This document shows positions 47,251-56,444 of a stretch of 64,000 bases of DNA, piece by piece. Origin of the DNA: Candidatus Acidiferrales bacterium. GTDB lineage: Bacteria; Acidobacteriota; Terriglobia; Acidiferrales; UBA7541. The DNA lies in contig JBAPOP010000007.1 in the NCBI GenBank assembly GCA_049279675.1, positions 705 to 64,704 on the forward strand, read 5' to 3'. A model generated the notes under the pieces. The model was not told the DNA's origin and did not search any database. It saw only the letters and a program-made list of their open reading frames with translations. Each line of letters starts with the position of its first letter. Position 1 is the stretch's first letter. Made by a program: the position numbers and the translations under genes.

Positions 47251-47808
47251 TTATTCGCTGCGATTTAAATCGAGCAGGCCTTCAGGTGGCGAGATTTCGA
47301 TGCGTCGCGCGGCGGGATCAATTCTTGTGCAGATCTCGACGGCGAGAGGAATCAGAATTTCGCCTTGAGGCGAATCCACGGCAAGCAGTGGCGTACCCGC
47401 CATGCCTTCGCCGGTCGACTGAACGTCACGCACGACGCCGACTCGTTTTCCTCCAGCCACAAGCACATCACATCCGATTAAATCCGAGATGAAGTAACTG
47501 CCTTCGGGGAGAACGACGCGATCCTTGAACGGCACTTGCACTTGCAAGCCGATGAACTTCTCAGCGTCATTGATCGAGTCCGAGCCTTCGAAGTGGAATA
47601 CGGCTTGTCCGCCGTGGCTCATGCTGAGCCAGCATTTGCGCACGGAGACACTTCGCCTTTTTGCTTTCCCATCCCACAGGAAAGCCGATTTCAGTTGTGT
47701 GAGCCGGTCAGGAAAATCTGTGAGGATTTCTGCCGCAACCTCGCCGCGCCGGCCTTGAGGCCGGACGATCCGCGCCAGCGTGACGTAGCTCGACTCTTCC
47801 GAATTCAC
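47251..47808 (-). CDS. rimM: Ribosome maturation factor RimM
   Basis: This is a 185-aa ORF with ...[25 protein letters not shown].... It occupies the conserved position between the KH gene and trmD. Confidence 0.9.
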   Translation of the reverse strand: MNSEESSYVTLARIVRPQGRRGEVAAEILTDFPDRLTQLKSAFLWDGKAKRRSVSVRKCWLSMSHGGQAVFHFEGSDSINDAEKFIGLQVQVPFKDRVVLPEGSYFISDLIGCDVLVAGGKRVGVVRDVQSTGEGMAGTPLLAVDSPQGEILIPLAVEICTRIDPAARRIEISPPEGLLDLNRSE

Positions 47809-48038
47809 TACTCGAGAATTTCCAGCGTAAATCGCTTTCTCAATTTCATTCCCGCCGCACCAAGGATGGTGCGGATGGATTTTGCCGTGCGGCCTTGACG
47901 TCCGATGACTTTACCCAAGTCCTCGGGATGTACTTTGAGTTCGAGAACAGTAACCTGTTCCCCATCAATCGCGCGAACACTGACTTGATCCGAGTGATCG
48001 ACGAGCGCCTTAGCGATCTGCTCCACGAGGTCTCTCAT
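47808..48038 (-). CDS. KH-domain RNA-binding protein (UPF0109/YlqC-like)
   Basis: This is a 76-aa ORF with ...[26 protein letters not shown].... Confidence 0.88.
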   Translation of the reverse strand: MRDLVEQIAKALVDHSDQVSVRAIDGEQVTVLELKVHPEDLGKVIGRQGRTAKSIRTILGAAGMKLRKRFTLEILE

Positions 48039-48133
48039 TGCGTCTCCTCCACAGGTAGCTGAACTGAGCGCGCCAATTCGCTCGAGTTTGAGCTTTGAAC
48101 TAGAGAAACACCCTTACCTGGGGATGCGACGTA

Positions 48134-48373
48134 CTAGACAATCTTCTGGTTACGAAGAAAACTGCGGACTGTGTCGCTAGGCTGCGCGCCGCATCCGAGC
48201 CAATACTTGATGCGGTCGGCGTCAAGTTTCACTTCGGCGGGCTTCTTCAGCGGATCGTAAGTTCCGACAATTTCGACAAAACGGCCATTGCGCGGGCGAG
48301 CCTTCTCGGTCACCACGACGCGGTAGAACGGCCTCTTTTTCTTTCCAATGCGAGCAAGACGAATCGTTACCAC
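48134..48373 (-). CDS. rpsP: 30S ribosomal protein S16
   Basis: This is a 79-aa ORF starting [21 protein letters not shown]. Confidence 0.96.
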   Translation of the reverse strand: MVTIRLARIGKKKRPFYRVVVTEKARPRNGRFVEIVGTYDPLKKPAEVKLDADRIKYWLGCGAQPSDTVRSFLRNQKIV

Positions 48374-48499
48374 TTAAAATTCCTCCTAGTTCGAATCCCG
48401 CAATTATAGCGAATTGGGCGGGTTTACCCTAGCCCGATTTACGGCTGTTTGCTGCGCATCCGGCCGCGCGATTCTCCACTTTTTGCGCCAAATTCCGCT

Positions 48500-49849
<1,350 letters not shown>

Positions 49850-49927
49850 GGGCCGAGGTTCCTGGTGGATCGAAAGTCGAAGCGAACGGCAAGGAGACAG
49901 TCAAATCAGCGATTACAAAGTGGCTCA

Positions 49928-50014
49928 TTTTGTTACGATTAGAAATGGGCTCGGCCGTTTGTTTTGTGTGAGTTACGTCGATTTCTAATCGTTTTGGTGT
50001 CACGATTAGAAAGG
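49928..50014 (+). repeat. Composite repeat unit A (arm / inverted arm / arm: CGATTAGAAAT ... ATTTCTAATCG ... CGATTAGAAA)
   Basis: The arms lie at 49936-49946, 49981-49991 (inverted) and 50003-50012. By eye, unit A is about 75-80% identical to unit B. Confidence 0.7.
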
Positions 50015-50145
50015 AAGTGAAAAGCGACCGGTTCGCCCCCGCGAGCGGCCTCATCGCAGGCAAGTCGCGAGCGACGAGCGAAAGTCCGGCCCGCCTCCCG
50101 GCGAGCCCTACAGTTGCACCCCTTATCCAGTCCGGAGCTGTAGTG

Positions 50146-50233
50146 TTTGTGTCCCGGTTAGGAAGGGACTCGGTGTTTTGTTTTGAAGGAGTTACGGTGA
50201 TTTCTAATTGTTTTGGTGTCCCGGTTAGAAATG
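50146..50233 (+). repeat. Composite repeat unit B (CGGTTAGGAAG ... ATTTCTAA ... CGGTTAGAAAT)
   Basis: It aligns with unit A over the core TTTGT..GTTAG(A/G)AA.GG.CTCGG..TTTGTTTTG...GAGTTACG..GATTTCTAAT.GTTTTGGTGTC.CG.TTAGAAA. It lies 218 nt downstream of unit A. Confidence 0.7.
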
Positions 50234-50286
50234 TGGAGACACGTGGGGAGTGACTTATGATAGGGGGCCTGCTTTGCGTCTGGCAA

Positions 50287-50383
50287 ATGTAGCTCACCTC
50301 TTTAGAGGTGAGGCATTTCGTCTCGTTTCCGCCGGGTAATGCGGGCACGGCAAAAGCCTCGGGTCTGAAGACCCGAGCTACAT
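50287..50383 (+). other. 97-nt multi-hairpin (cloverleaf-like) element, candidate structured RNA or REP/BIME-like module; strand undetermined
   Basis: The closing stem pairs ATGTAG (50287-92) with CTACAT (50378-83). The internal perfect hairpins are CTCACCTC-ttta-GAGGTGAG (50293-50312) and CTCGGGTC-tgaa-GACCCGAG (50358-50377). A weaker central CCGC...GCGG hairpin lies between them. Confidence 0.45.
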
Positions 50384-50682
50384 TACGAGGCGCGTGGCCG
50401 AGATCGACGTTGTTGAGCGTAATTGTCACTCATTCACGGATAACATGCCGCGCCGGGAGATACAAGGGGTGGGGTCTGTGGACTTTCGGCGCTTGCTGAG
50501 CCTTTGACTTTGCTGGGAACTCGCTCGAACAAACTTTTGCCGTAGCTACGCGCACAGCTCGGCGAGAGACGAAAACCAGAGGACATTCGAGCGGTGGTGT
50601 ACAACCGGATATTGTAGTTGCAGGCGATCTGTTATACGGTGCAAGCAGTCCACCGCGGGAATTCACGAAGGCGAAATTCGCT

Positions 50683-53121
50683 GTGAAGCCGAAATTTTTC
50701 GCGCTGCCGGTTGCCGCCGCATTCTCGATCCTCTGTGCTGCGGCATTTGCAGGCGGCTCTTTGGCTACGAGCCATACCTCGGCTACGAACCGATCCTCGG
50801 CCACGAACCGTTTTTCGCAACAGTCGAGCCAAACGCGAGGCGTTGCGCCCGAGCAAGAGACGAAGGCGCAAGTCGCGTCTGAATTGAGCGGCCACTTTTT
50901 CGCGCTCGTCATCGGCATCAACAATTACGAGCATTTGCCGAAGCTCGCCACCGCCGTGCAGGATGCGCAGGCGCTCGCTTCGATTCTTCGCGATCAGTAT
51001 GGGTTTCAAACAACACCTCTATTCAATGCGACGCACGACCAGATCATGAAGGCGATGAACGACTACCGTCACAGCCTCGACGAAAATGCGAGCCTTCTGA
51101 TTTATTACGCCGGCCACGGCTATTACGACAAAGATGCCGACAAGGCGTATTGGCTGCCCGTGGATGCTGACCGCGACGACAATTCGCACTGGATCATGGC
51201 AGAGTCCATTACAACCGCGGCGAAAGTGATTCCGGCGCGACATGTCCTGATCGTTTCTGATAGTTGCTATTCCGGCGGCCTGACGCGCGACATAGCGCTC
51301 TCATACACCGCAGAGGAGCGCGAGCGGTTCCTCGCAAAGATGGCTTTCGGGAAGTCGCGCACTCTGATGTCGAGCGGCGCGCTCGAACCGGTCGCAGATG
51401 GGGGCGGCGGCGGACATTCGGTGTTTACGGGCGCATTGATCAAGGCACTCGCCACTTCCAGCGACACTATTTTCTCGGCGGAAGGACTTTTCGATCAGTA
51501 TGTTCAAGTGTCTGTCTCTGGCAGATCCGATCAGACTCCGCAATACGCTCCGATCCGAAATTCCGGACACGACTTCGGCGACTTCGTGTTTGTGCGATCG
51601 GGCAAGGCGTCTGCGCCCAGCGCAGCGCAGAAAGCGGCGAACAACCAGGCGCCGGCACCTCAGACTGTGGCTTCGCAGCCGGCGCCAGCCCGGCAGCCGG
51701 CCGCGCCGCCTCGCCCAGCGTACAATCCGCCGGCTGCGGCGCCGATTGAAATGCCTACTAACAAGGTATCGGCAAACCAGACGTTCGGAGGAATTCGCTT
51801 CGAAGTGAAGAGCGTCAACACCAACGACAGCAAAGCTCCGATCGTTCTGATTGCAGCGACGAATACAGAACAGCGCGATATCAAGTTCAAGCTCCTGTTT
51901 CCGCTGGAACCGAAAGTGATCGACAGTAACGGGATCGCGAGCAATTGGTATGGCGTTGACGGCGTTCCGATCTGCAATGCGTACGGCAACATCACAGTAA
52001 ACTGTGCCACGCCGGATCCGACCCGCTGGTCAGTGGCACATTCGGGCGCTCCATTGAACTTCGCACTGAAATTCCGTGGCCCTCAAGATTTTCACGGATC
52101 GAGCGCGAGTGTTTCCTTTAACGTATTACTTGGCACCGAAAAGGATGACGGAACCATAAAATCGGTGATGATCCCTGTCGTTCTTCCCAACGTGCTGCTT
52201 AAGCCTGACGCGCCCGTTCGGCCTGCGTTGGCCAATCGAGTTTATGAGGAGATCCATTTTGACGTGACGAGCGTCCGAACCGGCGACAAGGCCGTAAGCT
52301 TTCTCGTCGCCGCGACGAACACGCAACAGCGCGACTCGAGGTTCAAGATATTGGTGCCGCTGGAACCGAAAGTGATCGACAGCAACGGGGTCGCGAGCAA
52401 TTGGTATGGCGTTGACGGCGTTCCGATCTGCAATGCCTACGGCAATATCACGGCAAACTGCGCGAAGCCCGAACCTAACCTATGGTCGGAGGCCTATTCG
52501 AGTATTCCATTGAATTTCGTGCTGAACTTCCGTGGCCTTCAGGATTTTCGCGGCTCTAGCGCGAGCGTTTCCTTCAACGTGTTGCTCGGCACCGAAAAGG
52601 ATGATGGAACCGTACGGCCGACAATGATCCCGGTTGTTTTGCCGAACGTTCCGCTCAATCCCGATGCGCCCGTTCGGCCGAGGTTGGCCAGCCAGGCGTA
52701 TGAAGGCATTCGATTTGACGTCGTGGCCGCCCAGGCGGGCGAGAAAGCAATTCGCGTTCTAGTCGCGGCGACAAATACGCAGCAGCGGGATTTGAGGTTC
52801 AAGATATTGGTGCCGCCGGATCCGAAAGTGATCGACAGCAACGGGGTCGCGAGCAATGGGTATGGCGTCGACGGCGTTCAGAATTGCAATGCCTACGGCA
52901 ATATCGCGGCAAACTGCGCGAAGCCCGAACCGAACCTCTGGTCGGAGACGTATTCGGGCATTCCGTTGAACCTCGTCCTGAACTTCCGTGGCCCTCAGGA
53001 TTTTCGCGGGTCGAGCGTCAATATTTCTTTTGACGCACTACTCGGCACCGAAAAAGATGACGGGAGCATAAAAACCACAGTGATCCATGTTGCCTTGCCA
53101 AACGTTCCCGTCACCCAATGA
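50683..53121 (+). CDS. Exported caspase-family (peptidase C14) protein fused to three tandem ~152-aa Cys-pair modules of unknown fold
   Basis: This is an 812-aa ORF with a GTG start and the signal peptide MKPKFFALPVAAAFSILCAAAFA. The caspase His lies in LLIYYAGHG (codon 51115) and the Cys in LIVSDSCYSGG (codon 51265). A P/A-rich linker is followed by the 3x repeat. Confidence 0.85.
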   Translation: MKPKFFALPVAAAFSILCAAAFAGGSLATSHTSATNRSSATNRFSQQSSQTRGVAPEQETKAQVASELSGHFFALVIGINNYEHLPKLATAVQDAQALASILRDQYGFQTTPLFNATHDQIMKAMNDYRHSLDENASLLIYYAGHGYYDKDADKAYWLPVDADRDDNSHWIMAESITTAAKVIPARHVLIVSDSCYSGGLTRDIALSYTAEERERFLAKMAFGKSRTLMSSGALEPVADGGGGGHSVFTGALIKALATSSDTIFSAEGLFDQYVQVSVSGRSDQTPQYAPIRNSGHDFGDFVFVRSGKASAPSAAQKAANNQAPAPQTVASQPAPARQPAAPPRPAYNPPAAAPIEMPTNKVSANQTFGGIRFEVKSVNTNDSKAPIVLIAATNTEQRDIKFKLLFPLEPKVIDSNGIASNWYGVDGVPICNAYGNITVNCATPDPTRWSVAHSGAPLNFALKFRGPQDFHGSSASVSFNVLLGTEKDDGTIKSVMIPVVLPNVLLKPDAPVRPALANRVYEEIHFDVTSVRTGDKAVSFLVAATNTQQRDSRFKILVPLEPKVIDSNGVASNWYGVDGVPICNAYGNITANCAKPEPNLWSEAYSSIPLNFVLNFRGLQDFRGSSASVSFNVLLGTEKDDGTVRPTMIPVVLPNVPLNPDAPVRPRLASQAYEGIRFDVVAAQAGEKAIRVLVAATNTQQRDLRFKILVPPDPKVIDSNGVASNGYGVDGVQNCNAYGNIAANCAKPEPNLWSETYSGIPLNLVLNFRGPQDFRGSSVNISFDALLGTEKDDGSIKTTVIHVALPNVPVTQ
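51787..53118 (+). repeat. In-frame tandem repeat, 456-nt period, about 2.9 copies (51787, 52243, 52699)
   Basis: Each copy encodes ...(I/E)(R/H)F(E/D)V...LVAATNTQQRD.(R/K)FK(I/L)LVP.(E/D)PKVIDSNG(V/I)ASN.YGVDGV..CNAYGNI..NCA.P.P..WS....PLN..L.FRG.QDF.GSS..(V/I)SF..LLGTEKDDG.... Long stretches of nucleotide near-identity link the copies. Confidence 0.9.
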
Positions 53122-53232
53122 TGTGACAGGTGGGGGAGCCACGCCGTGGCGGATCTTCGCATGAGTCCCAAGCGTGCAACGGACCGCGCGACTTTTTCCT
53201 TCAACAAGACAAACGGTGTGCATTGACCTGCA

Positions 53233-53260
53233 TTGACATGACGAGAGATCGGGTTACATT
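53233..53260 (+). promoter_or_regulatory. Sigma-70-like promoter TTGACA-N16-TACATT upstream of the TPR-CHAT gene
   Basis: TTGACA lies at 53233-53238 and TACATT at 53255-53260. The start codon follows about 33 nt later. A direct repeat of GCATTGAC overlaps the -35 element. Confidence 0.4.
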
Positions 53261-53292
53261 GTGGCGAGAGTCTCTTCGGACCACGCGCGGCG

Positions 53293-56200
53293 ATGATGAT
53301 TCCCGCTCCCACTATCCTTCGCGGTCCTTCGGGCGCTAGGAAATTGCAAAGACTAAAAAAGACTCGCGCCGCTTTTAGCGGATTGCTTGCCGTGGGTGTC
53401 GCGATGATGTTGATCATGGCGCTTGGCTTGCCGGTTAGGGCGCAGGAGGGGCGGTGGGCTGAGCTGGTGAAGAGGGCGAATGCGCTGCGAGGAGAGGGCA
53501 AGTATGCAGAGGGGATACCGGTTGCGGAAGAGGCGGTGCGAGTGGCGGAGAAGTCAATTGGAGCGAAAAGCCCGGCGCTGGCGATGAGTTTGAATTTGCT
53601 TGGGGCGATGTATGACGACGAGGGGAAATATGCGGAGGCGGAGCCGGTCTTTCAGCGCAGCTTGACGATCCGCGAGACGGCATTGGGGCCGGACAATCCT
53701 GAAGTGGCGAAGAGTTTGAATAGCTTGGCGTTTCTTTATTATCACGAAGGCAGGTATGCGGAGGCGGAGCCGCTTTTCAGGCGCGCGCTGGCGATTCGCG
53801 AGAACGCGCTCGGGCCGGACAATGCGGAAGTGGCCGTCACGCTGAATACGCTTGCGTCGCTGTATCAGAGGCAGGGGGAATTTGCAAAGGCGGAGCCGCT
53901 CTTCAAGCGCAGTCTGGCAATCCGCGAAAAAATTCTCAAGCCGGACGATCCTGAATTGGCGCGGAGCCTTGGGAGCGTCGCGACGCTGTATCAGGAGCAG
54001 GGGAAATATGCGGAGGCGGAGCCGCTGCTTAGGCGCGCGCTGGCAATTCGCGAAAAGGCGCTCGGGCCGGAGCATCCCGACGTGGCGGCGAGCCTGAACA
54101 TTCTGGCGCTCGTGTGCGAGCAGCAGGGCAAATATGCCGAAGCGGAGCCACTTTACAAACGCAGCTTGGCGATACGCGAGAAGGCGCTTGGGCCCGACCA
54201 TCCCGACGTGGCGAGGAGCCTCAGCAGCCTCGCGACGCTGTATCAGAAGCAGGGGAAATATTCCGAGGCGGAGGCGCTATTCAAGCGCAGCTTGGCGATT
54301 CGTGAAAAGGCGCTTGGCCCCGACCATCCTGATGTCGCGTCGAGCCTGAACAATCTCGCGCACGTTGACGAAAATCAGGGCAAGTACGCCGAAGCGGAGC
54401 CGCTCTACAAGCGGAGCCTGGCGATCCGCGAAAAGGCGCTTGGCGCGGACCATCCGGATGTGGCCGCGAGCCAGAGCAACCTCGCGACGCTTTATTACGC
54501 CGAAGGCAACTACGCGCAGGCGGAAGCTTACTTCGAGCCCGCGCTTAAAAATATTTCGAAGCAATTCGAGAACAACTTCACGTACATGAGCGACAAGGAC
54601 CGGCTGGAATTTCTGCACACGGTGCAGCCGACATTCGACGCGTATTTGAGTTTCTGCCTGACGCAGCGCGAGCGAGATTCGAATCTTGCGGGCGGGATGT
54701 ACGACTTGCTGCTGTGGGAGAAGGGGCTCGTCGGAACGAGTGTGGCGGCGTTGCGAGCGCAGGTGGCCGACGGCGGCGACGCGCAGGCGCTCAACATTTT
54801 TGACCGGCTGGCGGCGAAGAAAAGCGAATCGGCGCGGCTTGCGAGCACGCGGCCCGAGGGCTGGGAGCAATCGCGGAAACAAATTGATGACGAAGCGAAC
54901 GAGCTCGAACAGCAATTGGCGCGGCGGGTGAGCTCGATTGGCGAACAGAAAAATGCGGCTCACGCCGGTTGGCGCGACGTGCAGAAGGCGCTGGGGCCGC
55001 GCGAGGCTTCCGTGGAATTCGTCCGTTTCCATTTCAATGACGGGAAACATTGGACGAGGGCATTCGAGTACGCCGCGTTGATTGTGACGGCGCAGAGCGA
55101 GGCTGGGCCGGCACTGATCTCGCTCGGCGATGCGAAAGAGCTCGAGGGTGATCCACTGCGCGACTATCGCTTGCGCGTGGGACTTCGAGCGAATGGCACG
55201 GCGAGAGGCGTCGCGGCTGTGGAGAAAAATGAAAATGGCGGCGCGGCGCCGAAGGTGAGTTTTTTCGATGCGTTTTGGAAGCCACTCGAGCCTGCGCTGA
55301 AGGGCGTCGAGCGAATATATCTTTCGCCTGATGGCGCGCTCAATCAAGTGGCGCTGGGAGATGTTGCTGGGAGCGACGGGCGATTGTTGATCGAGAAATA
55401 CGATTTGCGAATCGTTTCGAGCACGAAGGATATTTTGCGCGGACCGCGGAAAACTTCTACGAACGATAGTTCGGTGCTGGTCGGGAATCCTGCGTTTGAT
55501 TTGGATGAAGCGCAGGAGCGGGCGGCGCTCGAATCTTTGCACGCCGCGCCGGCGGCGGCCGATGCTGCTCCGGAGGCTCAAGAAATCGTGAGTTTGCGAT
55601 CGCGCGAACTTGAAAGCGGGAAGCTCGATCCTCTGCCCGGGACGCAGATTGAGGTGGAAGAGATCGCGAAGCTGCTCGAGAAGCAGCGATGGCAGGCGCA
55701 GATCTACACACGGGAGCACGCGCTGAAAGAAGCGGTAATGGAAGTGAAAGGGCCGCGCGTGCTGCATCTCGCGACGCACGGATTTTTTGAGGCTGACCAA
55801 AAAACAGATCAGCGTGAAAACGACGAGAGCTCAGCGAGTGAACAGCCAGCGAGCGTGGAAGATCCGATGCTGCGTTCGGGACTGTTTTTTGCAGGAGCGA
55901 ATCGCAGACTTTCCGGGCACGCGACACCGGCCGATTTGGACGATGGCGTGTTAACGGCTTATGAAGCGAGTCAACTCAACTTGCAGGGGACCGAGTTGGT
56001 GGTGCTGAGCGCGTGCGAGACGGGGCTCGGCGAAGTGGCGGCGGGCGAAGGAGTGTTCGGACTGCGACGCGCGCTGCAAGTGGCAGGCGCTGATTCCGTG
56101 CTCATGAGCATGTGGGCTGTGCCGGACAAGGAGACGCAGGAATTGATGGTGCTTTTTTACGAGAAGTGGCTATCCGGAAAAGACAAGCCTGAGGCGCTGC

Positions 56201-56295
56201 GGGAAGCGCAATTGGAAATGCGAGCGCGGGTGAAGGCGCGCTACGGAGAAGATCGGCCGCAATATTGGGGTGCGTTCGTGATTGTGGGGCGGTGA
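53293..56295 (+). CDS. Signal-anchored TPR (9 x 42-aa, TPR_12/KLC-like) + CHAT-domain (caspase-fold) protein
   Basis: This is a 1000-aa ORF. Its N-terminus RKLQRLKKTRAAFSGLLAVGVAMMLIMALGLPVRA-QE looks like a signal peptide or anchor. The TPR repeats have the form LNxLAxLYxxQGKYAEAEPLxKRSLAIREKALGPDHPDVAxS. The CHAT dyad is LHLATHGFF (His codon 55777) and LVVLSACETGLG (Cys codon 56014). Confidence 0.88.
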   Translation: MMIPAPTILRGPSGARKLQRLKKTRAAFSGLLAVGVAMMLIMALGLPVRAQEGRWAELVKRANALRGEGKYAEGIPVAEEAVRVAEKSIGAKSPALAMSLNLLGAMYDDEGKYAEAEPVFQRSLTIRETALGPDNPEVAKSLNSLAFLYYHEGRYAEAEPLFRRALAIRENALGPDNAEVAVTLNTLASLYQRQGEFAKAEPLFKRSLAIREKILKPDDPELARSLGSVATLYQEQGKYAEAEPLLRRALAIREKALGPEHPDVAASLNILALVCEQQGKYAEAEPLYKRSLAIREKALGPDHPDVARSLSSLATLYQKQGKYSEAEALFKRSLAIREKALGPDHPDVASSLNNLAHVDENQGKYAEAEPLYKRSLAIREKALGADHPDVAASQSNLATLYYAEGNYAQAEAYFEPALKNISKQFENNFTYMSDKDRLEFLHTVQPTFDAYLSFCLTQRERDSNLAGGMYDLLLWEKGLVGTSVAALRAQVADGGDAQALNIFDRLAAKKSESARLASTRPEGWEQSRKQIDDEANELEQQLARRVSSIGEQKNAAHAGWRDVQKALGPREASVEFVRFHFNDGKHWTRAFEYAALIVTAQSEAGPALISLGDAKELEGDPLRDYRLRVGLRANGTARGVAAVEKNENGGAAPKVSFFDAFWKPLEPALKGVERIYLSPDGALNQVALGDVAGSDGRLLIEKYDLRIVSSTKDILRGPRKTSTNDSSVLVGNPAFDLDEAQERAALESLHAAPAAADAAPEAQEIVSLRSRELESGKLDPLPGTQIEVEEIAKLLEKQRWQAQIYTREHALKEAVMEVKGPRVLHLATHGFFEADQKTDQRENDESSASEQPASVEDPMLRSGLFFAGANRRLSGHATPADLDDGVLTAYEASQLNLQGTELVVLSACETGLGEVAAGEGVFGLRRALQVAGADSVLMSMWAVPDKETQELMVLFYEKWLSGKDKPEALREAQLEMRARVKARYGEDRPQYWGAFVIVGR
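53455..54565 (+). repeat. Nine tandem 126-nt (42-codon) TPR-encoding units
   Basis: Nucleotide strings such as GCGGAGGCGGAGCCGCT...AAGCGCAGCTTGGCGAT(C/T)CG(C/T)GA(G/A)AAGGCGCTTGG recur at a 126-nt period. Confidence 0.8.
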
Positions 56296-56370
56296 GGCGT
56301 CGATGCAAAGGCGCTCTTCTTGCTGCGCGAGAATGGGGCAAATTTTGGGTTCGGTAACCGCACGAAAAAA

Positions 56371-56395
56371 CGCCGGCAAGATGCCGGCGCTACGA
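56371..56395 (-). terminator. Rho-independent terminator of the caspase-pentapeptide gene; also a member of the hairpin+CTAC repeat family
   Basis: The minus strand reads CGCCGGCA-tct-TGCCGGCG followed by TTTTTT (56370-56365). It lies 55 nt after the stop at 56445. Confidence 0.7.
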
Positions 56396-56444
56396 TGGCA
56401 TGGGAATCGCCGCGAAAAATAAAGCGCAGACACACAATCGCAAA

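Noticed and set aside
50078-50092. GCGAAAGTCCGGCCC resembles the RNase P RNA P4 motif GAGGAAAGUCCGGGC.
   Set aside because: None of the other universally conserved RNase P blocks are present nearby (the GGUAA.GGUGAAA region and ACAGAA.CCGGCUUA). The available space does not fit a ~350-400-nt RNA with the right helices.
49928-50233. I considered whether the two ~87-nt repeats form a CRISPR array or a retron msr/msd.
   Set aside because: There are only two copies. They are too long and too divergent for CRISPR repeats, and the intervening 130 nt is itself repeat-related. The window contains no cas gene or reverse transcriptase.
53293-56295. TPR-CHAT could be the Csx29 component of a type III-E (Craspase) system.
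   Set aside because: The 64 kb contain no Cas7-11/gRAMP, Csx30/31, RpoE or CRISPR array. The protein also carries an apparent export signal, which is incompatible with a cytoplasmic RNA-guided complex.
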